A stretch of 55,956 bases of DNA, the filler included, from Sluysia triapertura (Eukaryota), in assembly GCA_046118255.1 (NCBI GenBank). It is 4 parts of 4 records of this genome, joined end to end, with 100 filler letters (N's around TTAATTAATTAA, not from the genome) between each part and the next. Parts side by side here need not be neighbours in the genome. Positions count along the whole stretch, not along the records: positions 30,966 to 42,759 come from JBJNIA010170257.1; positions 42,860 to 55,956 come from JBJNIA010060206.1; 2 more parts are not named here. The stretch is one strand, 5' to 3'. This document shows, piece after piece, positions 38,443 through 52,089 of the stretch. Both the position numbers and the translations under genes were made by a program. The stretch's first letter is position 1. Each line of letters opens with the position of its first letter. The notes under the pieces are model-generated. The model did no database searches. It was not told where the DNA came from and saw nothing but the letters and a program-made list of their open reading frames with translations.

Positions 38443-39589
38443 AAGTTTAAAGTTTTACGCGAGATAGCGCATCATAATTAGGTAAATCTTATTTATGTGA
38501 TTTGAATTCACTTTTTAATTTGCGTTTTCAACAAGTTTTTGAATTATAGACAGTAACTGGCATAATTTCTCATTCAACGGAATAGAGTGCTTTTATGGTT
38601 ATTAAGATGTAAGGTTGTTATCACAACCCTTTAAAATCTTAAAAAATACAAAAACAGTTAATTTTTCAGAATATTCTAGACTTTCTATTGATTCTGATTG
38701 GTTGCTAACTGATATTTGTAGTTGCGGTTGAATTATAAAGAAACATAAAAAAATTAGTGAACAACAAAGGACGTGATTTATAATTTAGTAATCCTCGGTG
38801 TCAAGCAATTATTTTACCTGGAAATTTTATTAATCAGTAAGTTATTTTTGTTAATGGCAGTTCAACTTCATCACTATAATCCAGTTAAAATCATTTTGAA
38901 TAAAAATTTTAAACTCTGATTTAAGGAGTGGCAAATTTATTAAAAATCAATAAATTGTAAAAATTAAAGGCTATAATTTTAAATTATAATTCCTTCTCTT
39001 AATTGCTAATTCTTAATATTCTTTTGTTCTCCGTGATTTTTACTTCTTGTCTTTAGTTTTATAATTTTGCAATAAATTTTCATGTTACGCGTGTCTTTTG
39101 ATTAATTGGGTTAAAACCAGTATTAAGGTATAATATAAATTACAGTATTAAATAGTTTTGCCACGTTTAATAAGTAAAGTCTTGCAATCAAAATCACTAT
39201 ACGAATAATTGGATGTTGAAAGAGTAAACGACAAAAGCAAACTTGAATTGTCAATTTTTAGTTATAAGAATGCCATTTTACGTGTAAACCGTTTACTGTT
39301 ACCGGGTTCTACTAAAATTTAATTTTCTGTAGGTTAAAAGTTAAGAAAATCGCAACAAAGATGATGAAAGACGAATATTTAATAACAAATCGCGAAATAA
39401 TTTAACAAACAAAGCCACCTATATTCGATTCAGTGACACTGATTTTGCTCTTGAATGTTAACATCTGGAAATAAAAACAGACTTTGACATGTTCAACATT
39501 TTAAAGAAAAAGTAATCAATAAGAATTATTTTGTAATTGTATATGCAGTATTGAAAACCAGCTGCGAAGCCATAATGTGATATTCATTT

Positions 39590-40020
39590 TTGTGAAGGTC
39601 GGAATTTATACTTTACTAATGAAGCTGGTAAAAAAGAATGAGAAAATTTTTGAATGAATTGAAAAAGTCTAGATTTTCTAACTGTTTTCTCAGACAAAGC
39701 AAATTCAATTCCAGAGTTTAGTATTATGAAACCCACACAGGGCAATTTATTCTTTAACGGATAAGAATGAACTATGTTACTCTTCACATCCCAGAAGAAA
39801 GGAACTGCACCTCATTAATGCCTAAACATTCGAAAATTCTTACATTAAAGTTTCCTCATCCGTTCATGAGGACGAGATGATTCCCTGAGTTATAATATTC
39901 GTCATCCTGATTAACGCCCCAAAACTATTGTTTATGAGGATACCAAAATCTAGTTGGTGACATCGAGATCTTGGAACGCATTGAAGAAGTTGTTGTTATC
40001 ACCAACGGTAATTTATTGTA
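39590..40020 (+). mobile_element. Tc1/mariner-superfamily transposase remnant (rosa/maT-like)
   Basis: VFSDKA (cf. FSDEA), QKKGTAPH (cf. QQDGAPPH), YSS*LTPQNYCL*GY (cf. SPDLTP.DF.LWGY) in the expected order across frameshifts. Confidence 0.6.
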
Positions 40021-41880
40021 AAGATCAATGTTATCACTTCACACAAAGATATCAGTTGTGTATCGCAAATGTTTCATAACATAAGAATATAAACATTAAC
40101 ACCAAATATCTATATATTTAGTAATAATTAAAATGTTACGTTAAATAAAATTAAAAGAAATTGTTATGAAACGCCTTTATTTATGTTTGTGTGTATTTTA
40201 GACAGTGGTTATTAGCGGTTGTTGTTTATGCTTCTACTTACTACTACAACAGTTAATATTTAACTTTGTTTATACAATATCTAGACTCAACAATTGTTTA
40301 CTCGCTGCAACTACTCAAAAAGGGTGTTTTTTTAAATCGTCCAATAAAATAAAATAACATCTTTATTATCACTCAATGTTATTCACTAACAATGAAGATA
40401 TTTAAGAACAAATATTATGCTTCTTTTTGATTTTTTATAATAAAATAAAAATTTATTATTTCTAAATCTATTTATAATCTTATATTTCGATTGTTTAATA
40501 TGCTATTTATGTTTTATTTAGCCAACCACTAGATTTATTGTTATAATGTTAATGTATTGTCATGCATGTTATAAACTATTATTATTCCTAATTGTTTCAA
40601 AGTGTGTATTTATCTAATATAAATAAACCTTATTAAAAATCTTTTCAAGAAATTTTAAGATTTATGTTTCATCTTGTACTATCAATTAAATGTTCTTTTG
40701 GCTTATGAAAATTGATATAAAATAATTGATATTATAACATAAAATTATTATGATGTCTTTAATTTTTGTCCTTGTTCAAAATTATTTCGTATTAAAACCA
40801 ATTATCTAATTTGTATTTTAAATGATAAGGGTTTCATATTTTTAAGGATGTCATAACTTTTACAATAACATCTTATCACCATCTCAGATGGGCTGTGTTA
40901 TTATTATTAATTAATTAGTTAAACTGCGAGGCAGTTTAAAAGTAAGTATGTACTTTAAGGTTAAATAAGAAAACGGTAAAATTGTTGAATCTCTTAAATG
41001 TTAGAAATGTCCATCTTCGCTAATGTAATACAACTGAACATAACTTTAAAACTTAATAGAAGTTATTTTAATTTATTCATTGTATGAGGGCTTTTATTTT
41101 AAACCTTATTATGACACCCCAAAATTAAATTCATTGGTATTACATCAGGTGATCTTTGTAATCATTTGATCCTGCCACGTTATTTAATTCAGTTTCACGA
41201 TCAAGGTAGCATAATGAGCATAAAAAAGTACACGTGGTATTTAAGTAATGGTTCACTAAAGTTCACCAAAGAAAGTTGATCTTAGAACAATTCATTATAA
41301 TAATATCTGGTTTCTTTATTTTAAATGTTCAAATTAAGATTTTTATTTACCCATTAAATGCTATTATGTCTCACTATATGGAGAGAAAACTTAAAATAGA
41401 CTTCATCTAACTAAATTATTTTATCAAGAAAATCTAGTTTATTAATTATTTGGTCGCTCCTTAGAAGAGCATGTAACATTCGTGGACTCTGATTTTAAAT
41501 TCAATTTTTGCATTATCAATCACAAGGACAGTTGTTTGTGCGAATTTACAAATGTTAAAGCAGCTAACATTTTTACTGTAGATGCTACTGAACATGTCTG
41601 GATTCAGAGAAAATTAACTACAGAATGAGTTTATTCACATTCACATTATAAATTGACTGTATTAAGGAGATTATGAAATACTTGTCTTCATGTGTTACAC
41701 AACTGTTCCATTATTCTCTTGAAATGTGAAGAATGATACAATGCCAAAGTGATATTTTCAAAATTTTTATTTAATTGTTTAATAAATAATAAATAATACA
41801 CATAAATGTAAATGAAATGGTTTTATCAATTATGAACCAATTTATATTTAAACTAGTTTTAAAAATATTTTGGTTTTAAG

Positions 41881-42097
41881 ATTGGAAGAAGAAGTTGTAC
41901 TTCGTAAATTCCGAATGGTATTGAGAAAAATTGTTGCCAGTTTAGCAAAAGAGCGAAAATTTCAAATATTTCTTTGTCCTGTCGAAAAAGCAGATTATCC
42001 GGATTATTATAAAATTATCTCAAATCCTATGGATTTAAGCACAGTTCGTCAAAAGATTGATCTATATTCATACAAGTTATTGGATGATTTTAAAACT
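41881..42097 (+). CDS. ATAD2: ATAD2-like bromodomain exon 1
   Basis: LEEEVVLRKFRMVLRKIVASLAKERKFQIFLCPVEKADYPDYYKIISNPMDLSTVRQKIDLYSYKLLDDFKT; ag| and |gttagt splice sites. Confidence 0.92.
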
Positions 42098-42523
42098 GTT
42101 AGTAGTGTTTTAATATTAATTTTGCGCAATATAATAATATAAAATGAGATCGCAAAAACCAACTTTTTAAATTTTTTGGAAATAGTATAGAAGAGTTTTC
42201 TTGATCACCTCAGACGCGTAGCTAGCTGGCTATGTAGAAATTACATATCTATTGAGTGTATGTTCCTTAATTACACGAAATAAAATTCATAAATGTTTTT
42301 ATATTTATTGTTAATATATTGTGCTTTCTGTTAAAACACATTTAATGAGTCTGCCATTGTTAAAAAGCATAAATTTATTTCAAAATTGGTTCCATTTGAT
42401 TCTAGTAACATTTATGCAACCAAAAAAACTATAAATTAAGAATATTTCGTCACCTTTTGTATGCGATTTTACTTATTTTTATTCAAAATATCTTAATCTC
42501 GTTAAATAATTATATTTACATAG

Positions 42524-42759
42524 GATCTAAACCTAATATCTGTGAATGCTTTATTTTACAATCCTCCACGTACAAGTTATTTACGTGATATTCGACGTCA
42601 CGCATATGATTTCGTAGATTATGCTGCTGCAACAATTGAAGAGCACATTACTCCGGAATTTGAAGAACTGCTACGACAAGTTGAAGCAGCACGTATTAGT
42701 CGTGGATTTTATAGCAAAACGGATAGTAATAATAATAGTAGTGATGGTGATAATAATAA
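42524..42759 (+). CDS. ATAD2: ATAD2-like bromodomain exon 2 (runs into gap)
   Basis: catag|DLNLISVNALFYNPPRTSYLRDIRRHAYDFVDYAAATIEEHITPEFEELLRQVEAARISRG; conserved acetyl-lysine-binding YN present. Confidence 0.92.
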
Positions 42760-42859
42760 NNNNNNNNNNNNNNNNNNNNNNNNNNNNNNNNNNNNNNNNN
42801 NNNTTAATTAATTAANNNNNNNNNNNNNNNNNNNNNNNNNNNNNNNNNNNNNNNNNNNN
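42760..42859. other. Assembly gap with linker
   Basis: N-run with ttaattaattaa. Confidence 0.95.
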
Positions 42860-43289
42860 TATATATATTACTTAACTTTTTTGCGCTAACAAAATTTATT
42901 ATTAAAATTGATGTTTGATTATTTATCATTTTGATAGAATAATTCTCAAAATAATGTTAGTTTGTTTTTATTGGCTAATTGATTATTTATTGATTTGTTT
43001 ATTCGTTAATTGTTTTTGGTTCTTTATACATTAATTTAAAAAGCCTTTTTATGCATAACTAACTTAATAAAATATCATTCCAATTGTTAATTGCTTATGA
43101 TGCTGACCTTTATGCTGAATATAATTATACTAATAAAATATATATAACACTTCACTGGATTATTAAATAGCAAATAAAGTACAAATTTAAATAATGTTTG
43201 TGGTCATTTAAATCATAATTATTCAAGTTTTAATTAAAAAAGATTATAAAGTGGTTTTGTAGGAAATATTTTGAATATACAACGCCGTG

Positions 43290-43790
43290 ATATTCTTGAA
43301 GTGTGCCGCCACTACTAATCATACATAAGCGACGTCAGAAAGGTGTATGCAGTGAGCATGACTAATACGGCAACCTATAATATACATTTATCTTATTGTT
43401 ATGTTAGTGTGCCGCAATTATAAAAATGCTTACATTCACTGGTCTAAATAAACGTGCTCTTTTAGTAATAATATCGATTAAATTACCGATATCGAGTCCT
43501 ACTACATCAATTTATTATCTAATTGCGTATCATTGTTTCAAATTGCTGAAACATTAAGAATATCCGATAACGAGAATTGTCATAGAAGGGCTAGAAAGCC
43601 ATTCATAAGCACTTTAATGTCTTCCAAAAAGATATTTTGAAAGTTTATCAAGTTCTTGTTTTGAAAAAGTTCAAATTACCTATTAAAATATTGATTTGCT
43701 GTAAGGCACTTAAATTTAAATTTTGTATAATTATAGTGCTCCTTTTAAACAACTATCCATTCGATGTATCATTTCGAAAAGTAAGGTTTG
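43290..43790 (-). mobile_element. Possible hAT (Buster/Charlie-like) remnant
   Basis: Minus strand LSKYLF..AYEWLSSP.., NDTQL; two 'gcggcacact' subterminal-type motifs. Confidence 0.35.
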
Positions 43791-43825
43791 TATTGTTAGT
43801 AAGGTTCCCATAGTGTTATCTACGT

Positions 43826-44040
43826 CAAAGGTGTGCAAACTAGGGGCGAGCTCGTGGATGGGACGCTACAAATTTTAAAATTGTTAGATTTTACAAACAA
43901 AGTTTTGTTTTTTTTTTGAATATTTTTTGTTTTGACCAATTCAAGTAATTCCATAATGATGTAGAACAATCATCGAGAATAAAATTTCAAAGCAAATATA
44001 CTTACAAATTCATAAATCAATTATGCATGTGCACATTAGA
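43826..44040 (+). mobile_element. Non-autonomous hAT-like repeat
   Basis: Begins 'caaaggtgtgcaaactaggggcg' (cf. hAT CAGGGGTGGGCAAAC termini); inverted homologue at 25805-26040. Confidence 0.65.
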
Positions 44041-44919
44041 GATGTTATACTATTTGGTATTCTGCTTTTTTTAGATGTTAATTAAAAATAACGTTAGCAG
44101 ACTGCTATAACAATCGCGAAATAGCAGCTATTAAATAAGAGCGACGTGTTGAAAATCTATTACTATTTCAGAAGTAAAATATATTAACAGACATAATATT
44201 TCATTTTTGCTATAAAGAATTAAAATTTAATTTTGTTAATTTTTTTTATTTTTGCTATAGAATTAGAACTGTTGTTGTTCATGATATTTAATTTATAAGA
44301 AACATAAAAATACATTTTGTTATTAAAAAGGTGTTTATTTTATTTATGAAGTTTATTTTATAGTGGCACGATTTTTTATTATTAAGCCACTAATGAGTAC
44401 TTTGAATAATTTAATCAAGAAAATATTAACTTATTTATTTCAAAGTTGGCTCATCCTGGATTCTCTAATATTGGTCAATTTGGTAGAACAGTTGTACCTA
44501 TTTCTTGACATGACTGAATAAAACCTCATAAATGTTTGGCATTCTGAAAAATAGAATTTTCTGATGTTATGATTCTTTTATTTTTGATCACGATGAAATA
44601 GTAAATAAATTGTATTTATTATGATTCTTGATAGAAAATTATCTGATCACAAAGAAGACAATGTAATAACTTTTATCGTGAGGAGTTGTAATGAAATGTA
44701 CCGATCACATATTTACATAAATGAGTTGCATTAATAATATAAATACAGTATTCCTCTTTTTAGCCGCCCAATTTTTAGGAAGTTTAAAAATTACAACAGC
44801 CACATCTTTTAAAAATATTTTAATGATGCATTTTTATTATTGACAAAATAACAACACTGTTTTAATATTACTTGGTTATGAAAATTTTTTATGGTGAATT
44901 TACAATAGAATTTGTTGAT

Positions 44920-45410
44920 AATTTTAATTTGCTGTACTCAATTTCAGATAGAAAAGTGAAAAAATTACAATTAATAATTAATCAAGCAGCGAGACTAATT
45001 CTCCAAGTGCGAAGAAGATCAATCAGAATTACATTGGTTGCTAATAAAAGCAAGAATAGAATTCAAAATCATGACAATAATTTACAAATAGTTACATTAC
45101 GGAAGTCCTGAATATCATTTGAAAATAATAAAAAATTTGGAAACCAAGATGAATATTTCATTGAAACATAATAATAATCTATACAGAATCCACAGTGATA
45201 ATAAGAGCTAGATGATAGGTTGTATACCGTTTATGTTTCAAAAATATACAACCAGTACTACCAGAGAATGTCAAATTACTGGAAGATTACAAAGTTCTTT
45301 CTGTTTCAGAAATATTATAGTGAATGATTTATTTTAGGCGCTTTTGAGTGCTTACTTTGCAGTAGATATAAGCGCAATTTAAATTAATATATAATAATAA
45401 TTATTATTAA
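44920..45410 (+). mobile_element. L2-clade LINE 3' end including 3' UTR
   Basis: KKLQLIINQAARLI..LHWL..IEFKIMTIIYK..GSPEY; 3' UTR 'aggcgcttttgag...ataagcgcaatttaaat' plus AAT tail typical of L2; highly similar to 26255-26610. Confidence 0.88.
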
Positions 45411-46539
45411 TATATTATAAAATAAAAATTAAATAAAAATGGTTATATGTCTTAACGTAACTGTAAGATTTTCTACTATATTGTGGATATAAAATTTACA
45501 GCTCTTGTTCTTACATTTCAAAGCTTGTAACTTATATAGATAGTATGCGATACTTTAACTGTTTATAGTTATTTCAAGCTTTAAATGTATATCTTTTTAC
45601 TAATTCATTTTATATACATTACTCAAAGTTTTATAATTCAGCTATTAATCAAATGATTCTTTATCTAATTCATTTACTTTTTCTTTTTTAATTCTCTTTC
45701 TTAATTAAAATTAATTCTCTTTGTAACTTTATTTTAAATGTATATAGTGCCTTTTCGATTAAGTTATTCAATTATAACTTTTATAAAGTTTAATCTCTGT
45801 TCTTAAAGATAATTAAGTATTATAGATATGATTTTAAGCTTTCGAAACATTATTTTCCAATACCATGTTAGTAAACAAAATAAGATGGAATTACGGGATA
45901 AAGACACCAGAATACCGAAATATATAAATAACCGAATTACTTAAAAATTTGGATTCCTAAAGTAGGAAGACCACTTATTTAGTAGTCTAGAGAGTAAGTA
46001 ATATAATTTGGGCCTCAAAAATATCCATTGATTTTCGTCTTTAAATTTACCTATTATATCATTAAATTTAGTAATATAAATTTATCCTACTTTCATCTTG
46101 AGAATAAAATATTTTACCAGAGCCCATGGAAATTTTTTCTTTATGACTTTAAATGGCATTGGATTATTTAACTGCGAAAAAATAGTGCAACACTTTATCG
46201 AAAACTGATAAGACAGACACAGCACACATTTGCGACAGTGGGCTCAATAGCAAGAACTGATACATCGCATAATTCGTTTTTCCGTTAAATTGGCGTCAAA
46301 AACTCTTAATGAATGAGGATAATTTGAATGAATTTGAAATGGTTTGTCTTCCATAAGAAAATTCACTATGAATAATTGAAAATCAAATAATTAAGCTGTT
46401 TACTACTAAATATTGTTGTTTTAATATGATAAATAATTTAAATAAAACAAATTAAGCGTAATAATTTTATAATTAATGCAGTTCGGTGGATCGTACTATG
46501 TAATTATTAAATGATATTCAAATTATTTGTGTACGAAAT

Positions 46540-47035
46540 ATGATTGGCTACAAAAATCAAAAATGATTGGCTGAAGGTAGTGTAAAAAGTAACTGTAAAA
46601 AATTGTGCAATAATAAACAAAATATTTTTGGAAACAATTAACGAAGGTATTATTATTATTATTAGATTTCATGTTATCTGAATTTAATAAACATTTGAAA
46701 ATAACGTTTGAATTTGTAAAAATGTTTGAAGAGTGCTAGAATTCGCATAATCAATAAAACAAAAAATGTTTGAATTAAAACGAATGTCTGATTAGATAAT
46801 AATGTTGAATATTAAGTTGATTTAAATTAATTTAAATTATATTAATAAAATAAAATTTAATGTTTGAAGTGGTGAGTCATAAAAATAAGATTAAATGCTG
46901 AATAATCAGTGAGTCATGTACAACAGTGAACAAATTTTATAGAAATAAATAGCTATATTCAATTTGTAATGGTGAGTCATAGATAATTACTGTATATCTG
47001 ATTATAATGTTGATCGTGTGTGTGCGTGTGTGTTA
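46540..47035. promoter_or_regulatory. Candidate enhancer/promoter: two CCAAT boxes and three AP-1 (TGAGTCA) sites
   Basis: tgattggct at 46541 and 46563; GTGAGTCAT at 46872, 46909, 46972; (TG)n at ~47016. Confidence 0.4.
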
Positions 47036-47358
47036 AATTTACAATACTAATAAAAGTGTTAGTATTATTATTACTACATTGATATTGATTTTATGAACTT
47101 TTTAGTTTCTCAGATTTCGATAATAATTTTTAATAAATATATTTAATTGTTATTATTTTTCAGACAATTTAAAATTTTTATATTAATAAATTTGAGACAT
47201 GTGCTAATATATTAAGGATAGGGAGGTAATTGTCTATTATTCGAAAAATTTAGTCATGCTATTGTGATGTTGGTTTTCTATTATTATTTAGTTATATTTA
47301 ATAAAAGATAGATATTAGGTTGAATGATATTTAAGAAGATATTTAAGTCATACTGTTT

Positions 47359-47680
47359 GACTTCATAAAATGGAAATCGAACCCGGTCTCACCTACTGCG
47401 AGTTCGATGATTGAAAAAACATGTATTAATATAATAGTTTAAGTCTCTTCTCTTTTTAGAGAAGGAAGGTCTTCTTGTATTGAGGAGCGATTTTCTTTCT
47501 TCTTTGAGGGACCTTGCAGGACATGGTCGCAGTATGTGTTATTCGAGTACTCCCCAGCTAATCGTACACACTGTCGTACCAGGGTTTTGAATTCGGTCTT
47601 GTGGAAGCCAAGTGCCTTGAGCACCCACTAAGCTATCAGCTCCGTCTAACGATTTTATTTTATTAGTCAATTATACTATT
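47359..47680 (-). mobile_element. tRNA-Ala-derived repeat (copy 4) interrupted by a 214-bp insertion
   Basis: Head 'tagtataattgactaataaaataaaatcgttagacggagctgatagcttagtgg' at 47625-47678; remainder 'tcatcgaactcgcagtaggtgagaccgggttcgatttccattttatgaagtc' at 47359-47410. Confidence 0.85.
47411..47624 (-). mobile_element. GC-richer insert, possibly 5'-truncated non-LTR retrotransposon 3' end
   Basis: Open frame VLKALGFHKTEFKTLVRQCVRLAGEYSNNTYCDHV..* followed by a short AT-rich UTR; loosely resembles C-termini of restriction-like-endonuclease (R2/NeSL-type) elements. Confidence 0.4.
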
Positions 47681-49229
47681 GCTGAATTTTTCTTTTTTCT
47701 AAAGCTTACCTAATAGCAAAATAAAATTAACAATTTTAGAGTCCGCTTACAGTGTCCGACTCATCAACGGCGTATCTAAGTAACATGAAAGAATAACGAT
47801 ACAAAAATATCTTTTACTGTGAAATATATTACGAGAAATTTTTTTTTATTTAAGTCTTTAGCACTGATTATGTGAATAAATTTATGTCAAAACTTGCTAT
47901 GATTTTAACGTGGTAAAACAACCTCAAATATATACATTCTAAGAAAAGCTCAAATTATAAATAACAACAACATTACAAAAAGTTTATCATCAAAAAATGC
48001 TAAAATATGTTACAAAAAATTACGATAAATGTGTACAGTTGTAAAAAACAGTTTAATAATGTAAACAAAATTATAAAATAATTATAACAGCGATAATATT
48101 TTAATTCGATCTAGTCCGAAGACTCGATCTATTTGACAATATTTTGTATTGATCTTAAGAATCAACAGAAATAATAATGATTTTACAATTTAGTGGTATT
48201 TTATAATTGATCTTAATGAGCAATGAAAATGGATGATTTTAAGTTTTATTTTTTAACTCTTTGAGAGTTTGCAATAATATTTAAATTAAACTTACTACTT
48301 AATGGATAACTAATATTGGTTGGATATAATTAATGGTGATGCCGAATATAAAGGATTATTTCATCAACATAAACCAATTGTCAAATATAATCAATGATAA
48401 TTTTTTGTGTAATTTCTTTTTGTCTAATTATACTTAGTCTAACAAACACTGCGTGATATATCAAATTCTAATTTGTGATTAAAACTATTTTTATAATTTT
48501 ATTTATAGTATAATGGCTACAAAGAGCTATATTAATAAATTTAATTCATTTAAAGAATTTGTTCTGGTAAATTCTAATTTAATTTTCAAAATAATTAAAT
48601 TTTATTTTTAATTTTGATATAATTTCAATTATAATTTTTTCACTAATAATAATTTTAATAATTTTTGATATATTTTTAATTTTAATAATATTTATAATTT
48701 TTTACAATTCACATAAATGTATAAATAATAAAATATAAATAAATTTTATACAACGTTACACTATCATAATTCTCTATGGCTATTTAGGCCTTTAAATAGT
48801 GTAATCGTCAAAGTTATTAGATCGCGTAAGCTATAATAGCCAATAGAACAATTTGTTAGGCTGGTAGGTAATTTTTCAACTATTTATAACTTTATACAAC
48901 ATTTAAAATTGAATTACAAGATGAATAGCAGCAAAGATCTATTATCAGAAGTAAATAAATTGAGTTAAAACTCGTTTTGGTAAAGAATATGATTAAAAAA
49001 TAGAGCAAATAAATAAAAAAGCTAAATGTTTTAAAAATATAAAATATTTGATCCATATAAAATATAAACTTACGAAAACAAAAATGGCACGGAGGATTCT
49101 CCGATACGAACTCGTAAGCTTTAGAAGCATTCACGAATGAATGACAATGTATCAATAACGAATTTCGATGAAACAGAATTAATTTATGTTTAGACTCGAA
49201 AAATCGAATGAAATCATATAACGTTTTCA

Positions 49230-49345
49230 GACTTCAATAAATAGACTGGCCGGGAATCGAATTCGGGTCTTCTCGCTTCACAGTTGTGCAGTTCGATGAT
49301 CTAATCACTGAGCTAGTTTATTTTATTACAGTCAATTATACTATT
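49230..49345 (-). mobile_element. tRNA-Ala-derived repeat (copy 5)
   Basis: Minus strand 'tagtataattgactgtaataaaataaactagctcagtgattagatcatcgaactgcacaactgtgaagcgagaagacccgaattcgattcccggccagtctatttattgaagtc'. Confidence 0.8.
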
Positions 49346-51027
49346 ATTATTTTAAATGGTACGAGGTTAATATGGGCGACACGCCTTTTTTTCAATTATT
49401 ATTTCAATTATCATTATATTATTATTATGTAATATTAGATTATCATTATTATCATTCATTATATGATTGTAATAATTCGAAATATGAGATTTATAAAATT
49501 TTGAAACTAACCAAGTCAGTTTTGTATTGTACGATTTAAGTGTTGTTGTGTTTGTTGATATTTATTATTGATTACATGTACAATGCATATTAGACAATTA
49601 ATTATTGATTTTTCAATATTGTGATTTGTATAATATTATTATTTGGATCTAATATTATTAATGCGTGTTTTTAGTCACTTATAAAGCAAAAGTTAAATAT
49701 TTATTAAATAGTTAGATAAAATATTGAAAATTTAAAGTAAAAAATTAAATGTTTAAAAATAAATTCTAATAAAATTTGTTTGTCCAAAGTTGTTCAAGGA
49801 CGATTAAAACTACTATAAATTAACTTGATTTAAACAAAAAACACACAATTTTTTAAAGTATTAATTCTTAAATAAGTTTTTGAGTTAGACTTTTAGAAGG
49901 CAGAATTCTTGGACGATAATTTGGATTGGACAAAATTTTATTTCACAGTTTTTTCGTTAGTTTATTTTTGATAAGTTTATTGTACTTTTAAAAGTACCTG
50001 TGTAAAATATACGTAAATTAATCTTTATAAATTTTTGAAACCATTTCGCGGTTCTTATGTAAAATCTCTTTCTAAAAAGAATTATTGTATTTTTATTAAC
50101 TTTAATTAAATTAATATCGTAATATATTATTAATCTGTGACATTGTACTATTATTGTCATTAGGTTTATAAATTGTCCTTTTCTGTATTTAATATACCTT
50201 TGTAAATTACTATTTTGAATTTAATTAAGTCTATACAAGATTCATTTATCGAATCGAGTGTAAATTACGTAGTTGTAAAACCATGTAATATGTTGTGTAT
50301 ACGATTCCTCCGAAATTTATTCGGATTTATAGTAAATTCATAAATAAATAATTTAAGAAAGTCCATTTTTAACAGTTCTTGTAACGGAATAAATCAAATC
50401 GTGAAGCCAAACCGTAGTGATCAGACCATAATTTAACCTTCATATTAAATTTTTCATTGAAATCCAACGGCTAGCCCTAAGAGGTAAGACTATAAACATT
50501 CTTTTATTCATAAGTCTGAGTTAAGTAAAGACCTAGCATTCCCATATGGGACAGTACAGCTTTTTTTCAAATTACCGATAAAATTGCGTTTTAAAGAAAT
50601 ACCAATATAACCATTCTTGAACACAAATTTCCAACAAAAGAAATATTGGAAATAATGGAAATCCCCTCTTTTCATTGGTTTAAATGAAACAATTTTATTA
50701 AATTTTGTCTAATATTTCTAACAAACAGTTACACAGTTCCACTTTTCCAAACACGTTTCAAAGAAATAATTTAATTTATTATTAATATATATAATGCTAA
50801 AAAAAGAAAATACCATTATATTCAATCATTCTCAAATAAATATAATGCAAAATAATAATATAAACAGGATTAATGAGAAAATAAAAATAAAAAACCTGAA
50901 CCGACACAAGTTTACAAAGAAAATATAATTTATAGTATCAGAAAACGATTTTCCTGTGTTATAATTATTATCACAAATTATATTACTTACAATAGTTATT
51001 ATTATATGGTTGATTAAAATTAGTAAA

Positions 51028-51107
51028 TTATTTTTCTATTTGATTTGATACATTTTTATTATTATTATTACAATTATTATTATTATTACTATTATTATTA
51101 TTGTTAC

Positions 51108-51140
<33 letters not shown>

Positions 51141-51716
51141 CTTTTATATCTTCATTATTATTATCACTGTAAACTTTCTGAATACCGTTTACATTTAAAG
51201 TGTCACCAGTTGTTTTGGCAACAATCTTTTTATTGGGTGAAAAATGATTGATTTTGTCATGTCGATCCACTTTTCTCAAATGCATCGGAGTTAATTTCAA
51301 ATGGTGTGGTATTAATTTCGGTGTATTCGAAGCAGCTTGTTTATGATTATTTGGCAACCAGCTATTGCGAGGTAAACTCATAGTATTATAACTACTGATG
51401 TTAGTGTTATTATTATTGGTGCTTGAATTCGATTGACTAATTTGAAATAAACCCGCAGATCTGATTGGATTGTTGTAATTGGTCGATAGATTGGCAAATA
51501 AATTTGAATCACCATAACTGGTTAGATTTGGTATCATAATTGGATTTTGATTGGATGTTTGTTGAAAGGATGGAAACTGATTGGGAGAGCTATAAAAAGT
51601 ACTACTGTTGACAGGGTATGTGTTATTATTGTTGTTACTGTTGCTAGGATTGCGTAATGTTTGAGAAGCAGCAGAGTAACATAAGGGGGTTTGTCGTAAT
51701 GTAAAATAATTGGCAC
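51028..51716 (-). CDS. Terminal exon encoding an N/S/Q/P-rich disordered region with poly-Asn
   Basis: Acceptor atacctag|GT at 51716; ~229 codons open to TAA; includes YNTMSLPR and LTPMHLRKVDR; gene not identified. Confidence 0.7.
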
Positions 51717-52089
51717 CTAGGTATAATAGTAGTAATAGCAAAAATAATAATAGTAATAATGATAATAATAGAAATAATAATGATAATAGTTAAAATAATG
51801 ATAATAATAGTTAATAATAATAATGATAATATTAAAAATAATAATGATAATAATTAGGGCATTTACTGTATCATTTAATCAATTTATAATCAATCTTTGT
51901 GATGTAGAGATTAGTTCTGAACAATGAGACAAAATGTAAAATGTATGTCTAGGAATATACAAATGGTAGGAGATCCTCTTATTGCCTGAAATATAAAGGT
52001 CAAATTATGATCATTTATTTCGACTTGACCGAAGAGGATAATGAAGATGGGACCTATTGTTATTAAGTTACGACTGATAACAGAAGTAG

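Noticed and set aside
39635-39662. Three close TGA codons reading EWENFWMNWK under genetic code 4, suggesting Mollicute or mitochondrial transfer
   Set aside because: The segment lies within a decayed Tc1/mariner-type transposase that also has TAA stops and frameshifts.
51045-51251. Poly-Tyr ORF
   Set aside because: Antisense reading of the poly-Asn (AAT)n tract.
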